Part shown: positions 13,703-24,824 of the stretch, in pieces
Numbering within the stretch: the first letter of the stretch is position 1
How the letters are laid out: every line of letters starts with the position of its first letter
Assembly: GCF_058153355.1 (NCBI RefSeq)
Contig: NZ_CM177019.1
Direction: 5' to 3' (one strand)
DNA: 64,000 bases
Translations under genes and position numbers: made by a program
Notes under the pieces: model-generated
Seen by the model: the letters and a program-made list of their open reading frames with translations, nothing else
Told to the model about the DNA's origin: nothing
Databases searched by the model: none

Positions 13703-15382
13703 GTGAACAAAATATTTTCCTCACATGTGATGCCTTTCCGCGCTCTGATCGACGCTTGCTGGAAAGAAAAATATACTGCCGCACGGTTTACCCGTGACCT
13801 GATTGCCGGGATAACCGTCGGGATTATTGCTATCCCGCTGGCAATGGCGTTAGCTATTGGTAGTGGTGTGGCACCCCAGTACGGTTTATATACCGCAGCT
13901 GTTGCGGGGATTGTCATTGCTCTGACGGGGGGGTCACGCTTTAGCGTTTCCGGTCCGACTGCGGCATTTGTGGTAATTCTCTATCCCGTTTCGCAACAGT
14001 TTGGACTGGCAGGACTGCTGGTCGCGACACTCATGTCAGGTGTCTTTTTGATCCTGATGGGGCTGGCACGTTTTGGACGCTTGATTGAATATATTCCGGT
14101 TTCCGTGACCTTAGGTTTCACCTCGGGTATCGGGATCACCATCGGTACCATGCAGATTAAAGATTTTCTCGGTCTGCAAATGGCCCATGTCCCGGAGCAT
14201 TATCTACAAAAAGTCGGCGCATTATTTATGGCGTTGCCGACCATTAATGTGGGTGATGCTGCCATTGGCATTGTGACGCTTGGCATTCTGGTTTTCTGGC
14301 CGCGTCTGGGCATTCGTTTGCCTGGTCACCTTCCGGCCTTGCTGGCTGGTTGCGCGGTGATGGGAATTGTTAACCTGCTCGGCGGACATGTTGCTACCAT
14401 CGGTTCGCAATTCCACTACGTCCTGGCCGATGGTACTCAGGGTAACGGTATTCCGCAACTGCTGCCACAGCTGGTACTGCCGTGGGACCTGCCTAATTCA
14501 GAATTCACGCTAACCTGGGATTCTATTCGCACACTGCTGCCTGCGGCATTCTCAATGGCAATGCTCGGCGCAATCGAATCTCTGCTCTGCGCCGTGGTAC
14601 TGGATGGTATGACCGGAACGAAACACAAAGCGAACAGCGAACTGGTTGGACAGGGACTGGGGAATATCATCGCCCCGTTCTTTGGTGGTATTACCGCTAC
14701 AGCTGCCATCGCGCGTTCTGCCGCTAACGTCCGTGCCGGGGCAACTTCCCCTATCTCGGCGGTGATTCACTCTATTCTGGTTATTCTTGCCCTGCTGGTA
14801 CTGGCACCGCTGCTCTCCTGGCTACCACTTTCCGCTATGGCTGCCCTGTTATTGATGGTGGCGTGGAACATGAGTGAAGCGCATAAAGTGGTCGATTTGC
14901 TTCGTCATGCGCCAAAAGATGACATCATCGTCATGCTACTGTGTATGTCATTGACTGTGCTGTTTGATATGGTTATTGCCATCAGTGTGGGGATCGTGTT
15001 GGCATCGCTGCTGTTTATGCGTCGTATCGCGCGTATGACTCGCCTGGCCCCAGTAGTCGTAGACGTTCCAGACGATGTCCTGGTTCTGCGCGTTATTGGC
15101 CCGCTGTTCTTTGCTGCGGCTGAAGGCCTGTTCACGGACCTCGAGTCACGCCTCGAAGGCAAGCGGATTGTCATTCTGAAGTGGGATGCCGTTCCGGTGC
15201 TTGATGCTGGTGGCCTTGATGCGTTCCAGCGTTTTGTGAAGCGTCTGCCCGAAGGATGTGAACTCCGCGTGTGTAACGTGGAATTCCAGCCGCTGCGCAC
15301 TATGGCTCGCGCAGGGATTCAACCGATCCCGGGACGCCTGGCGTTCTTCCCGAATCGTCGCGCGGCGATGGCGGATTTATAA
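13703..15382 (+). CDS. dauA: C4-dicarboxylic acid transporter DauA (SulP family, STAS domain)
   Basis: ORF track 559 aa (GTG start); polytopic SulP transporter recognised as YchM/DauA. Confidence 0.9.
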   Translation: MNKIFSSHVMPFRALIDACWKEKYTAARFTRDLIAGITVGIIAIPLAMALAIGSGVAPQYGLYTAAVAGIVIALTGGSRFSVSGPTAAFVVILYPVSQQFGLAGLLVATLMSGVFLILMGLARFGRLIEYIPVSVTLGFTSGIGITIGTMQIKDFLGLQMAHVPEHYLQKVGALFMALPTINVGDAAIGIVTLGILVFWPRLGIRLPGHLPALLAGCAVMGIVNLLGGHVATIGSQFHYVLADGTQGNGIPQLLPQLVLPWDLPNSEFTLTWDSIRTLLPAAFSMAMLGAIESLLCAVVLDGMTGTKHKANSELVGQGLGNIIAPFFGGITATAAIARSAANVRAGATSPISAVIHSILVILALLVLAPLLSWLPLSAMAALLLMVAWNMSEAHKVVDLLRHAPKDDIIVMLLCMSLTVLFDMVIAISVGIVLASLLFMRRIARMTRLAPVVVDVPDDVLVLRVIGPLFFAAAEGLFTDLESRLEGKRIVILKWDAVPVLDAGGLDAFQRFVKRLPEGCELRVCNVEFQPLRTMARAGIQPIPGRLAFFPNRRAAMADL

Positions 15383-15391
15383 GTACGAAAT

Positions 15392-15418
15392 TGACCAGTC
15401 AGCGCAAACTGACTGGTC
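15392..15418. terminator. Inverted repeat between convergent dauA and ychH (possible bidirectional terminator)
   Basis: Perfect 11-bp inverted repeat tgaccagtcag/ctgactggtca with a 5-nt loop; flanking T-runs are weak. Confidence 0.4.
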
Positions 15419-15436
15419 AGCAAAAGGCATTATTTG

Positions 15437-15715
15437 TTAGCTATGACGGCGATTGTCGCTACGGCGGCAACGTTTGTCATAGTGGCGAACCCACCAGTAA
15501 CGGTCGCACACCTGTTCATGCCCGCCAACACGGGCACCCGCCAGCCAGAGAATGGCACCGACGAAAATACTTAGCACTGCACCATGTGCGAAATACTGGG
15601 GCATATTAAACTGTGGTAACTGGTTGAGGATTGAATACCCCACACCAACTACCATCACCACCAGACCCAACCCCATGAGCACGTTACCGAGTAACGAAGC
15701 GTTTTTGCGTTTCAT
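15437..15715 (-). CDS. ychH: Small inner membrane protein YchH
   Basis: ORF track 92 aa, two hydrophobic segments; conserved position upstream of pth. Confidence 0.8.
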   Translation of the reverse strand: MKRKNASLLGNVLMGLGLVVMVVGVGYSILNQLPQFNMPQYFAHGAVLSIFVGAILWLAGARVGGHEQVCDRYWWVRHYDKRCRRSDNRRHS

Positions 15716-15992
15716 ATGTCACCTCCGGAACTTTCTGGGTTGTAACAGGGAATACCCCTCTTCCTTATGTGTAAAGTATAGACAACACCCTGTGGGTTAT
15801 GTGCGGGTGTGATCACAATTACAACCCTTATTTCAACAAAACTTTACAAATAAACGCCTGAACACCTTGACTTTCTAATAGTCCACTTAGGCAATTATTG
15901 CGTTATCTGCATTTGATACGCAGTTTTTTGTCAAGCGGGGCCGCAACCAGTAAACTACGCGCCAGTTATGTACACACTCAGGACAAAAAAAC

Positions 15993-16577
15993 GTGACGAT
16001 TAAATTGATTGTCGGCCTGGCGAACCCCGGCGCTGAATACGCCGCAACGCGACATAATGCTGGTGCCTGGTTCGTTGACTTACTGGCAGAGCGATTGCGC
16101 GCTCCGCTGCGCGAAGAGGCTAAATTCTTTGGTTATACTTCGCGAGTCACCCTTGGAGGCGAAGATGTCCGCCTGTTAGTCCCGACTACATTTATGAATC
16201 TCAGCGGCAAAGCCGTTGCGGCGATGGCCAGTTTTTTCCGCATTAATCCGGACGAAATTCTGGTGGCCCACGACGAACTGGATCTGCCTCCTGGCGTCGC
16301 CAAATTTAAGTTGGGCGGTGGCCATGGTGGTCACAATGGACTGAAAGACATCATCAGTAAATTGGGTAATAACCCTAACTTTCACCGTTTACGCATCGGA
16401 ATTGGTCATCCAGGCGATAAAAATAAAGTTGTCGGTTTTGTGTTAGGCAAACCGCCTGTTAGTGAACAGAAGTTAATTGATGAAGCCATCGACGAAGCGG
16501 CACGTTGTACTGAAATATGGTTTACAGATAGCTTGACCAAAGCAACGAACCAATTGCACGCCTTTAAAGCGCAATAA
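15993..16577 (+). CDS. pth: Peptidyl-tRNA hydrolase
   Basis: ORF track 194 aa; [27 protein letters not shown] recognised. Confidence 0.95.
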   Translation: MTIKLIVGLANPGAEYAATRHNAGAWFVDLLAERLRAPLREEAKFFGYTSRVTLGGEDVRLLVPTTFMNLSGKAVAAMASFFRINPDEILVAHDELDLPPGVAKFKLGGGHGGHNGLKDIISKLGNNPNFHRLRIGIGHPGDKNKVVGFVLGKPPVSEQKLIDEAIDEAARCTEIWFTDSLTKATNQLHAFKAQ

Positions 16578-16693
16578 GTCGTTGTCTGCGGCATTTTTGC
16601 CGAGTGCCGTGTATAATAGGCAAAGTTATTTCCATTTCTGCAATCTGTTAGCAATAACAGGTTGATTATTAAGATATTAAGGTGATTTAAATC

Positions 16694-17785
16694 ATGGGAT
16701 TCAAATGCGGTATCGTCGGTTTGCCCAACGTCGGGAAATCTACCCTGTTCAACGCGCTGACCAAAGCCGGTATTGAAGCGGCCAACTTTCCATTCTGTAC
16801 CATTGAGCCGAACACAGGCGTCGTACCAATGCCTGACCCTCGCCTGGATCAACTGGCTGAAATCGTAAAACCGCAGCGTACGCTTCCCACGACCATGGAA
16901 TTTGTCGATATCGCCGGTCTGGTAAAAGGCGCATCGAAAGGCGAAGGTCTGGGTAACCAGTTCCTGACCAACATCCGTGAAACCGAAGCGATCGGTCACG
17001 TTGTTCGCTGCTTTGAAAATGACAACATCATTCACGTTTCCGGCAAAGTTAACCCGGCTGATGATATTGAAGTTATCAACACCGAACTGGCGCTGGCAGA
17101 CCTCGACACCTGCGAACGTGCGATTCATCGCGTACAGAAGAAAGCCAAAGGTGGCGATAAAGACGCGAAAGCCGAGCTGGCGGTACTGGAAAAATGCCTG
17201 CCGCAGCTGGAAAACGCAGGTATGCTGCGCGCGCTGGATTTAAGCGCTGAAGAGAAAGCGGCTATTCGTTACCTGAGCTTCCTGACGCTGAAACCAACAA
17301 TGTACATCGCCAACGTCAACGAAGACGGTTTTGAAAACAACCCGTATCTTGACCAGGTGCGTGAAATCGCGGCGAAAGAAGGTTCTGTTGTGGTTCCGGT
17401 TTGTGCTGCTGTTGAAGCAGACATTGCCGAACTGGACGACGAAGAACGTGACGAGTTTATGCAGGAGCTTGGGCTGGAAGAGCCGGGTCTGAACCGCGTG
17501 ATCCGTGCCGGTTATAAGCTGCTGAACCTGCAAACTTACTTCACCGCTGGGGTGAAAGAAGTGCGTGCATGGACCATTCCGGTTGGTGCAACCGCGCCGC
17601 AGGCCGCTGGCAAAATCCATACTGATTTTGAAAAAGGCTTTATCCGCGCACAAACTATTTCGTTCGAAGATTTCATCACTTACAAAGGTGAACAAGGCGC
17701 GAAAGAAGCAGGCAAAATGCGTGCAGAAGGTAAAGATTACATCGTTAAAGATGGCGATGTAATGAACTTCCTGTTCAATGTCTAA
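16694..17785 (+). CDS. ychF: Ribosome-binding ATPase YchF (Obg-family GTPase)
   Basis: ORF track 363 aa; P-loop [12 protein letters not shown] domain at the C-terminus. Confidence 0.95.
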
Positions 17786-17842
17786 TTAATTTGTTGTCTC
17801 ATGAGGTTTCGCTAAATCTCATGAAGAGCGCAAAAGTATATA

Positions 17843-17868
17843 AAATCCACGCAATTGCGTGGATTTTT
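17843..17868 (+). terminator. Rho-independent terminator after ychF
   Basis: Stem aaatccacgc/gcgtggattt with a 4-nt loop and T-run. Confidence 0.7.
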
Positions 17869-18030
17869 CATTTCACCGAGTCCTAACCATTCTTATAACA
17901 TCCTACACTTTTGTGCTTATTGCCTATAGTGAACCACGAGAATAATTAAAGACATAAGTGTTCAGATGAGGGATATCTCATTAGCAATGAGATCACGTAA
18001 GTTTGTGTTCCACTGCACATCAGACACCTT

Positions 18031-18288
18031 TTACAGCTGATCAATATTGATCACGCTCCAATATGCTGGCGAGAAAAGGACTTGCCTGAAGGGCAATATC
18101 CAGCAGATAAAGCCCCCGAATAACGTGATTACGTGCGATCCTGACAAGATGAAAATGATAACCAGTATCACGATAATAACGATATGCCAGAAAATCCATT
18201 GATCAAAAATGAATATCGATGTTTTTTGCTTTTTCTTATTAGTAATGCAAAAATGGCTCATATTGTTTTTGTTATGCAGATACATCAA
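18031..18288 (-). CDS. Hypothetical small hydrophobic protein (85 aa); may be non-coding
   Basis: ORF track only; contains a transmembrane-like stretch WIFWHIVIIVILVIIFILSG; lies in an AT-rich 0.85-kb intergenic region; no homology recognised. Confidence 0.2.
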   Translation of the reverse strand: MMYLHNKNNMSHFCITNKKKQKTSIFIFDQWIFWHIVIIVILVIIFILSGSHVITLFGGFICWILPFRQVLFSPAYWSVINIDQL

Positions 18289-18629
18289 GCGAAAATCCCA
18301 TAACTAATTAGGATTATTACCAAAAATATTCACCAAATTATTTAAACGCTGTTTGTTGTAATGTTTTTGTCATATTCATAGTAACGAATTGGAATAAGTA
18401 ACGACAACTTAGGGAATAACTCGATCTAAACTCACCTTTGTAAGGGGGATGTTAAATATATATTAATTCATGTGTTCCTGATTTTGCCCGGTAATAGAGA
18501 ATTATTCTCAGAGCAGCTCATCATGATTGCACCATACAAATATCATGATGATAAGAGGATATTATTCATTGACTTAAACAAAATGACAAAATCCATAGAC
18601 CCATAGCCTGGGTACTATATAGGAGTGGT

Positions 18630-21497
18630 ATGGGCATCAAACAACACAATGGGAATACCAAAGCCGATCGTCTCGCTGAATTAAAAATCCGTTCGCCCTC
18701 CATTCAACTGATAAAATATGGCGCTATTGGTTTGAATGCAATTATCTTTTCCCCCCTGCTGATAGCTGCTGATTTAGGAAGTCAAAATGGCACCAATATT
18801 ACTATTAATGATGGTGACAGAATTACAGGAGATACCGCCGATCCATCAGGAAACCTCTATGGTGTAATGACCCCAGCAGGAAACACGCCTGGCAATATCA
18901 ACCTGGGTGATGATGTCACCGTCAATGTCAACGACGCCTCTGGATATGCAAAGGGAATCATTATTCAGGGCAAGAACAGCTCTCTGACAGCTAACCGACT
19001 TACAGTAGATGTTGTTGGTCAAACCTCTGCCATCGGCATTAATTTAATTGGTGACTATACACATGCTGACTTAGGCACAGGCAGCACCATTAAGAGTAAC
19101 GATGACGGCATCATTATTGGGCATAGCTCAACACTAACAGCCTCTCAATTCACCATTGAAAACTCGAACGGTATAGGCCTAACCATCAATGACTATGGCA
19201 CCAGTGTCGATCTTGGAAGCGGTAGTAAAATCAAGACCGATGGAAGTACAGGTGTTTATATCGGTGGTCTCAACGGCAATAACGCCAACGGTGCTGCGCG
19301 TTTTACGGCGACAGACCTGACAATCGATGTTCAGGGCTACAGCGCCATGGGAATAAACGTACAGAAAAACTCTGTTGTCGATCTCGGAACAAACAGTACC
19401 ATTAAAACCAATGGCGATAATGCACACGGCCTCTGGAGCTTTGGCCTGGTGAGCGCGAATGCACTCACTGTTGATGTAACTGGAGCCGCTGCCAATGGCG
19501 TCGAAGTTCGTGGTGGTACAACCACTATCGGTGCTGATAGCCATATTTCTTCCGCGCAGGGCGGTGGCCTCGTAACCAGTGGTTCAGACGCGACAATCAA
19601 TTTTTCTGGCACGGCAGCGCAACGAAACAGCATCTTTTCCAGCGGTTCTTATGGTGCCTCAGCCCAGACGGCAACGGCTGTTATCAACATGCAAAATACC
19701 GATATTACGGTTGATCGTAATGGCAGTCTGGCGCTGGGTTTGTGGGCGCTCAGCGGCGGTAGAATAACCGGAGACAGTTTGGCTATCACCGGCGCGGCAG
19801 GAGCCAGGGGGATTTATGCCATGACCAACAGCCAGATCGATCTCACGAGCGATCTGGTCATTGATATGAGTACACCCGACCAGATGGCCATCGCAACGCA
19901 ACATGACGATGGTTATGCCGCCAGCCGCATCAACGCTTCGGGTCGTATGCTTATCAACGGTAGCGTTCTTTCTAAAGGTGGGCTAATCAATCTGGATATG
20001 CACCCTGGGTCGGTTTGGACAGGTTCTTCCCTCAGCGATAATGTCAATGGCGGGAAACTGGACGTTGCAATGAATAACAGCGTCTGGAACGTAACAAGTA
20101 ATTCTAATCTCGACACGCTGGCGCTGAGCCATTCAACTGTCGATTTTGCCAGCCACGCGTCAACTGCCGGCACATTTACCACATTAAACGTAGAGAACCT
20201 TAGCGGTAACAGTACCTTTATTATGCGTGCTGATGTTGTTGGCGAGGGTAATGGCGTTAATAATAAAGGAGATTTATTGAATATCTGCGGGAGTAGTGCT
20301 GGTAATCACGTATTGGCTATCCGTAACCAGGGCAGCGAGGCCACAACGGGAAATGAAGTTCTGACAGTGGTAAAAACCACTGACGGCGCGGCCTCGTTCA
20401 GCGCGTCTTCTCAGGTTGAGTTGGGGGGATATCTGTATGATGTGCGTAAAAATGGCACTAACTGGGAGCTTTATGCTTCCGGGACAATTCCGGAGCCGAC
20501 TCCTAATCCAGAGCCCACACCAGCTCCCGCTCAGCCCCCCATAGTCAACCCCGATCCTACGCCTGCCCCCGCTCCCACGCCTAAACCCACCACGACCGCA
20601 GATGCTGGCGGCAATTATCTCAATGTCGGTTACTTATTGAACTATGTTGAAAACCGTACGCTGATGCAACGGATGGGTGACCTGCGAAATCAGGGTAAAG
20701 ACGGTAATATCTGGTTGCGCAGTTATGGGGGAAGCCTGGACTCCTTTGCCAGTGGCAAACTGAGCGGCTTTGACATGGGTTACAGCGGTATCCAGTTTGG
20801 TGGGGATAAACGTCTCTCTGATGAAATGCCGTTGTATGTCGGTCTGTATATTGGCTCAACACATGCATCGCCGGACTATAGCGGAGGCGACGGTACCGCA
20901 CGTTCAGACTACATGGGAATGTACGCCAGTTACATGGCACACAACGGTTTTTACAGCGATCTCGTTGTAAAAGCATCGCACCAGAAAAATAGTTTCCACG
21001 TACTGGACAGTCAGAACAACGGCGTTAACGCCAACGGCACTGCGAATGGATTGAGCATCTCCCTGGAAGCCGGGCAGAGGTTCAACCTGACCCCTACTGG
21101 TTATGGGTTCTATATAGAGCCGCAAACCCAGCTCACATACAGCCACCAGAATGGGATGGCTATGAAGGCGAGTAATGGTCTCAATATACATCTGAATCAC
21201 TACGAATCGCTGCTGGGGCGTGCCAGCATGATACTGGGATATGACATCACCGCAGGCAACAGCCAGCTGAATGTCTATGTGAAGACTGGCGCTATCCGCG
21301 AGTTTTCAGGGGATACCGAATATCTGTTGAACAACTCCCGGGAGAAGTACAGTTTCAAAGGTAATGGCTGGAATAACGGCGTGGGAGTCAGTGCACAGTA
21401 TAACAAACAGCACACATTCTATCTCGAAGCGGATTACACGCAGGGTAACCTCTTTGATCAGAAGCAAGTCAACGGAGGATATCGCTTCAGCTTTTAA
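18630..21497 (+). CDS. ycgV: AIDA-I/Ag43-type autotransporter adhesin (YcgV-like)
   Basis: ORF track 955 aa; repetitive Gly/Thr/Asn-rich passenger, Pro-rich linker (PEPTPNPEPTPAPAQPPIVNPDPTPAPAPTPKPTT) and C-terminal beta-barrel ending ...GYRFSF; position between ychF and dhaR. Confidence 0.85.
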   Translation: MGIKQHNGNTKADRLAELKIRSPSIQLIKYGAIGLNAIIFSPLLIAADLGSQNGTNITINDGDRITGDTADPSGNLYGVMTPAGNTPGNINLGDDVTVNVNDASGYAKGIIIQGKNSSLTANRLTVDVVGQTSAIGINLIGDYTHADLGTGSTIKSNDDGIIIGHSSTLTASQFTIENSNGIGLTINDYGTSVDLGSGSKIKTDGSTGVYIGGLNGNNANGAARFTATDLTIDVQGYSAMGINVQKNSVVDLGTNSTIKTNGDNAHGLWSFGLVSANALTVDVTGAAANGVEVRGGTTTIGADSHISSAQGGGLVTSGSDATINFSGTAAQRNSIFSSGSYGASAQTATAVINMQNTDITVDRNGSLALGLWALSGGRITGDSLAITGAAGARGIYAMTNSQIDLTSDLVIDMSTPDQMAIATQHDDGYAASRINASGRMLINGSVLSKGGLINLDMHPGSVWTGSSLSDNVNGGKLDVAMNNSVWNVTSNSNLDTLALSHSTVDFASHASTAGTFTTLNVENLSGNSTFIMRADVVGEGNGVNNKGDLLNICGSSAGNHVLAIRNQGSEATTGNEVLTVVKTTDGAASFSASSQVELGGYLYDVRKNGTNWELYASGTIPEPTPNPEPTPAPAQPPIVNPDPTPAPAPTPKPTTTADAGGNYLNVGYLLNYVENRTLMQRMGDLRNQGKDGNIWLRSYGGSLDSFASGKLSGFDMGYSGIQFGGDKRLSDEMPLYVGLYIGSTHASPDYSGGDGTARSDYMGMYASYMAHNGFYSDLVVKASHQKNSFHVLDSQNNGVNANGTANGLSISLEAGQRFNLTPTGYGFYIEPQTQLTYSHQNGMAMKASNGLNIHLNHYESLLGRASMILGYDITAGNSQLNVYVKTGAIREFSGDTEYLLNNSREKYSFKGNGWNNGVGVSAQYNKQHTFYLEADYTQGNLFDQKQVNGGYRFSF

Positions 21498-21596
21498 GTG
21501 CGGGATAGACAAGCCCTTAAACGATGCTGAAAATTGTTAGCGTGCGCCGGAATGAAATACAGATCACTCTGATGTATCAGAAATCGTCTCTGTCTT

Positions 21597-23516
21597 TCAT
21601 ACCCGGCGCTTAAACTGCCCTGCATCAATGCCATGTTGCTTCATTTTCCGCCACAGCGTAGTGCGGCCGATTCCAAGTAAAGCCGACATTTCCTGAATGC
21701 GACCGCCTGTGACCTGGGCTGCGTTAATAATTGCCTCTTTTTCAACTTCCGCAAATGACAGACTGGTGGAAAGGCGAGTGGCGCTGACATCATCTGTCGC
21801 CTGCTCGGTAAACAGATGTTCAGGCAAATCACTGACGCGAATGCGCCCGTTATCACTACTCAGAGCAAGATTCTCGATGACGCTGTAAAGTTCAAAATCG
21901 TTGCCTGGCCATGCACAAGAAACCAGGCGAGCGAGGGCATCGTCATCAATTTTCAGACGCGTAGAGAAGCGTTTTTCAAGACTGCGTAATTTGTTATTCA
22001 CCAGCGCCGGAATGCTGCCACGCCGCATACGCAGAGGCGGGATGGTAATTTCAAATGCATGCAGCGCGTAATACAGCTGGCGACTAAAGCGATTTTGTTC
22101 CACCAGCATTGCCAGGTCCGCGGTCGTTGTGGCAATCACTTTGACATCAATTGGTATTAAACGCCGCGCATCCAGTCGCGTGATAACACCCTGCTTGATA
22201 ACCTGAAGCAAAGCAGACTGTAACTCCACCGCCAGATATTCAATCTTTTCAAGAAACAGCGTGCCGCCGTGCGCCAGTTCCAGTCGACTCAGACGACCAT
22301 TTTCATTGTCCGTGCGATCGCCGCCAATAAATTCTTCCGCCAGCGCCGCATCACCATATAACTCACAATTGACGGCGATGTAGGGACCTGCTGCACGCTC
22401 ACTTTCATTATGAATTGCCTGACTTAGCAGTGCCTTGCCTACGCCCTCTTCGCCACAAAGCAAAACAGGAAAGCTACTACGCGCCGCCTGGCGGCCAAAA
22501 TGAATCAAGCGGCGAGTTTGCGGATCGTCCTGTGGCATATGAGCGAAGGTATGGCTGACTTTTCCCAATTGACTGGTCATCAACTGCCGCATCTGTTCCA
22601 CGGGATGGAGCAACAAAATAAAGCTGGTTCCCTGCGTTTCTATTATCGGTTTAAGGGTTATCACAGCATCAATAAACTGGTGCTGACTTTCAAAGGTTGC
22701 TTCTACGTGTTTGAGCGGATGTGCCTGTTTTATTGCTTGTTGCAATACAGCGGGTAACGTTAAGAGTTCAGTGATCGCCCTTCCCTGACTTGCCGTCGCG
22801 TCAAGGCGCAAGACTCGCGCCGCCTGGGCATTGATAAATTGCAAATTACCCTGCTCGTCCCAGCTAATCACGCCATCGTCCATACTTTCCAGCAAGGCGT
22901 TAAGTTGATTTAAATGTCGGTTTGTTTCAGCCAGTAAATTGTCGGTCAGCAGTAAGTTTCCTACCTCGCGTGCAATTGCCAGCGTCAACGGCAAATCAGC
23001 TGCGGTGGTTTGCTTAACCGGACACGCCAAAGCTATCGTTCCCGTTAATCGGCCCTTGCTGTCAAACAGTGGCGTTGCACAAAATGCCCAATCCCAGAGC
23101 GCCTGTTTGAAATGTTGATCGGCCATCGTTTTCACTGCCTGACCAGAAATAGCCGCTAACGATAGCGCACAGGTACCAATAATTCCCTCTGCGCAATACG
23201 TGCCGTCATTGAATCCCAGGACACTAAGCTGGTGCAGCGTTTGTGGATCACCAAAACGACTAAGGATGCAGGCGGTTTCATCAAGGATGAACAGTCCGCA
23301 CGCCCGCGATTCCATATATTCCCAGGCATCTTCCAGCGCAGCCTGCCCGAGCGTCAGCATCGCTTTCTTACGCCGATAGATAGAAGCAAATGTCACGCCC
23401 TGGGCCTGGTGCGGTACGCTCCATGTCTCCCGTTTCATCAGTTTATTGCATCGCTCCCAGGAGGCTGCAATTAAGGGAGATATGCCCCGTTCATCGTTGT
23501 TAAAAGCGCCACTCAT
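21597..23516 (-). CDS. dhaR: Sigma-70-dependent transcriptional activator of the dha operon (PAS/GAF-AAA+-HTH)
   Basis: ORF track 666 aa; native N-terminus MSGAFNNDERG at ATG 23516 gives 639 aa; divergent from dhaKLM. Confidence 0.9.
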   Translation of the reverse strand: MSGAFNNDERGISPLIAASWERCNKLMKRETWSVPHQAQGVTFASIYRRKKAMLTLGQAALEDAWEYMESRACGLFILDETACILSRFGDPQTLHQLSVLGFNDGTYCAEGIIGTCALSLAAISGQAVKTMADQHFKQALWDWAFCATPLFDSKGRLTGTIALACPVKQTTAADLPLTLAIAREVGNLLLTDNLLAETNRHLNQLNALLESMDDGVISWDEQGNLQFINAQAARVLRLDATASQGRAITELLTLPAVLQQAIKQAHPLKHVEATFESQHQFIDAVITLKPIIETQGTSFILLLHPVEQMRQLMTSQLGKVSHTFAHMPQDDPQTRRLIHFGRQAARSSFPVLLCGEEGVGKALLSQAIHNESERAAGPYIAVNCELYGDAALAEEFIGGDRTDNENGRLSRLELAHGGTLFLEKIEYLAVELQSALLQVIKQGVITRLDARRLIPIDVKVIATTTADLAMLVEQNRFSRQLYYALHAFEITIPPLRMRRGSIPALVNNKLRSLEKRFSTRLKIDDDALARLVSCAWPGNDFELYSVIENLALSSDNGRIRVSDLPEHLFTEQATDDVSATRLSTSLSFAEVEKEAIINAAQVTGGRIQEMSALLGIGRTTLWRKMKQHGIDAGQFKRRV

Positions 23517-23743
23517 ATCCCGCATCCTTTGTGACAAAAGGTGTTCCGGCTCGCAATTTTTAGTATTAAAACGCGTAAAAGTTTCAATATGGAACATTCA
23601 TTAAAACATATGTTTCACCATGAAACATAATTTGGGCTAATTTTCTTTTCCCTTACCTGATGCACAATGGATTTATCGGCAGTCAGTGGTCGCCGTGTCG
23701 TTGAACATCATCCATGCCCTACCGTAATTGCTGGAGCAAGATA

Positions 23744-24814
23744 ATGAAAAAATTGATCAATGATGTGCAAGACGTTCTGGACGAACAACTGGCGGGTCTG
23801 GCGAAAGCGCATTCATCGCTGACACTGCATCAGGATCCGGTGTATGTCACCCGAGCTGATGCCCCCGTTGCAGGAAAAGTCGCCCTGCTGTCGGGCGGCG
23901 GCAGCGGACACGAACCGATGCACTGCGGTTATATCGGTCAAGGGATGCTTTCGGGAGCCTGTCCGGGCGAAATATTCACCTCACCGACGCCCGATAAAAT
24001 TTTTGAATGCGCCATGCAAGTTGATGGCGGCGAAGGTGTACTGCTGATTATCAAAAATTACACCGGCGATATTCTTAACTTCGAAACAGCAACAGAATTA
24101 CTGCACGATAGCGGCGTAAAAGTGACCACCGTGGTCATTGATGACGACGTTGCAGTAAAAGACAGTCTTTATACCGCTGGGCGGCGCGGCGTTGCCAACA
24201 CCGTATTAATCGAAAAACTCGTAGGCGCAGCGGCAGAACGTGGCGACTCGCTGGAGGCTTGTGCACAACTGGGGCGTAAGTTGAACAATCAGGGCCATTC
24301 TATTGGGATCGCCCTCGGTGCCTGTACCGTTCCTGCCGCGGGAAAACCTTCTTTTACGCTGGCAGATAATGAGATGGAGTTTGGCGTCGGCATTCATGGT
24401 GAGCCAGGTATTGACCGCCGTCCCTTCTCTTCCCTTGATCAAACCGTCGATGAAATGTTCGACACCCTGCTGGAAAATGGCTCATACCATCGCACTTTGC
24501 GTTTCTGGGATTATCAACAAGGCAGCTGGCAGGAAGAATCACAAACCAAACAACCGCTCCAGTCTGGCGATCGGGTGATTGCGCTGGTTAACAATCTTGG
24601 CGCAACTCCGCTTTCTGAGCTGTACGGCGTCTATAACCGCCTGACCACACGTTGCCAGCAAGCGGGATTGACTATCGAGCGTAATTTAATTGGCGCGTAC
24701 TGCACCTCACTGGATATGACCGGTTTCTCAATCACCTTACTGAAAGTTGATGACGAAACGCTGGCACTCTGGGACGCCCCGGTCCACACCCCGGCGCTTA
24801 ACTGGGGTAAATAA
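23744..24814 (+). CDS. dhaK: PEP-dependent dihydroxyacetone kinase, DHA-binding subunit
   Basis: ORF track 366 aa; MKKLINDVQDVLDEQ at ATG 23744 gives 356 aa. Confidence 0.95.
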   Translation: MKKLINDVQDVLDEQLAGLAKAHSSLTLHQDPVYVTRADAPVAGKVALLSGGGSGHEPMHCGYIGQGMLSGACPGEIFTSPTPDKIFECAMQVDGGEGVLLIIKNYTGDILNFETATELLHDSGVKVTTVVIDDDVAVKDSLYTAGRRGVANTVLIEKLVGAAAERGDSLEACAQLGRKLNNQGHSIGIALGACTVPAAGKPSFTLADNEMEFGVGIHGEPGIDRRPFSSLDQTVDEMFDTLLENGSYHRTLRFWDYQQGSWQEESQTKQPLQSGDRVIALVNNLGATPLSELYGVYNRLTTRCQQAGLTIERNLIGAYCTSLDMTGFSITLLKVDDETLALWDAPVHTPALNWGK

Positions 24815-24824
24815 GGAGATAACC

